NCBI GenBank assembly: GCA_036172245.1
Contig: JAYWIR010000006.1
Coordinates: forward strand, 3,782,001-3,846,000
Length of the DNA: 64,000 nt
Source of the DNA: Raillietiella orientalis
Taxonomy: Eukaryota
Direction of reading: 5' to 3'
This document shows, piece after piece, positions 63,339 to 64,000 of the stretch. The position numbers were made by a program, and so were the translations under genes. Below the pieces are notes generated by a model that was not told where the DNA came from, searched no databases, and saw only the letters and a program-made list of their open reading frames with translations. Numbering within the stretch: position 1 is the stretch's first letter; every line of letters begins with the position of its first letter.

Positions 63339-64000
63339 ATGGCGGCGCAGCTGAGCGCGCTGGAGGAGAAGGTGGCTCTCGCGCGGCAGGAGCTGCAGGC
63401 GAGCCGGAAGGAGCTCCTGGGCGCGCGAAAAGAAGACGAGGAGCGGCTGTCGCTGCGGATAATGGAACGGCTGGAGAAGAGCTTGGCGAAGATCGGCGGC
63501 GACATTGACACGCTGCGCGAGTCAGCCGGCGAGGGCGCTCCCGCTCCGTCGTCGATGGGCAGCCTGCGGGCGCGCCTGGACGAGGCCACCTCTGAGGTGC
63601 TCAGCCTGAAGGCGCTGCTGGAGAGGCAGCGGAACAGCGTCGTGGCACTGCCGGAGGTGCAGCGCGTGGTGCGGGAGCTGCGGGAGGCGTGCGAGGACCC
63701 CACCCCGGAGGCCGTGGTGCGGCAGCTGCTCCGGGAGGCGGAGGAGCTGACGCTGTGCCGGATGCAGCTGCAGCGGGAGGCGGAGCGTCTGGAGGCGCAG
63801 GCTCGGTGCCTGGCGGGCCAGTTGGAGCTGAAGGAGAAGGCGCTCGGTGACGCGCGACGGCGCGTCGCCTGCGCCGAACACCAGGCGGAGGTCGCCGCGG
63901 TGCTCCGCCGGCAGGTCGAGGAGGCCGAGGCCGAGGCGCGGTCGCTACGCACCCGGGTCGACGAGCAGGGCCGCGCGGCGGAGCGCAGGGAGAGAGCCAC
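63339..64000 (+). CDS. Exon 2: long coiled-coil region (MAAQLSALEEKVALARQELQASRKELL...), runs off the window
   Basis: CCCTTCCAG acceptor in phase 0, about 220 open codons, E/L/R/A heptad-rich, strong GC3 bias. Confidence 0.85.
   Translation, partial: MAAQLSALEEKVALARQELQASRKELLGARKEDEERLSLRIMERLEKSLAKIGGDIDTLRESAGEGAPAPSSMGSLRARLDEATSEVLSLKALLERQRNSVVALPEVQRVVRELREACEDPTPEAVVRQLLREAEELTLCRMQLQREAERLEAQARCLAGQLELKEKALGDARRRVACAEHQAEVAAVLRRQVEEAEAEARSLRTRVDEQGRAAERRERA

Noticed and set aside
63074..64000. 308-aa minus-strand ORF
   Set aside because: Antisense shadow of the + strand coiled-coil exon.

Overview
Eukaryotic (animal, probably arthropod) genomic DNA. Bases 1-4.4 kb are AT-rich and hold the first three coding exons of a Mi-2/CHD3-5 chromatin remodeller on the minus strand. 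From about 8 kb onward the window is GC-rich and largely made of relics of related L1/Tx1-clade non-LTR retrotransposons on both strands. One young, 5'-truncated copy has an open 950-aa RT ORF (46173-49286). It interrupts one arm of a near-perfect ~3.3-kb inverted duplication (45617-52009 / 56169-59453), so the filled and empty insertion sites are both visible. The arms carry RhoGAP-like exon candidates. Six diverged LINE copies end in a conserved AATAAA-like + CCGG-N5-CCGG hairpin. In several old copies this 3' end abuts a conserved tRNA-like (B-box) module followed by a conserved ATG and ORF1-like sequence, suggesting head-to-tail arrays of a LINE with a tRNA-derived 5' end; this is the best candidate for an undescribed system. 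Also present: an orphan terminal exon (11962-12417, minus), a type II membrane coiled-coil gene starting at 62740, and many short perfect hairpins. All alignments were made by eye; no searches were run.
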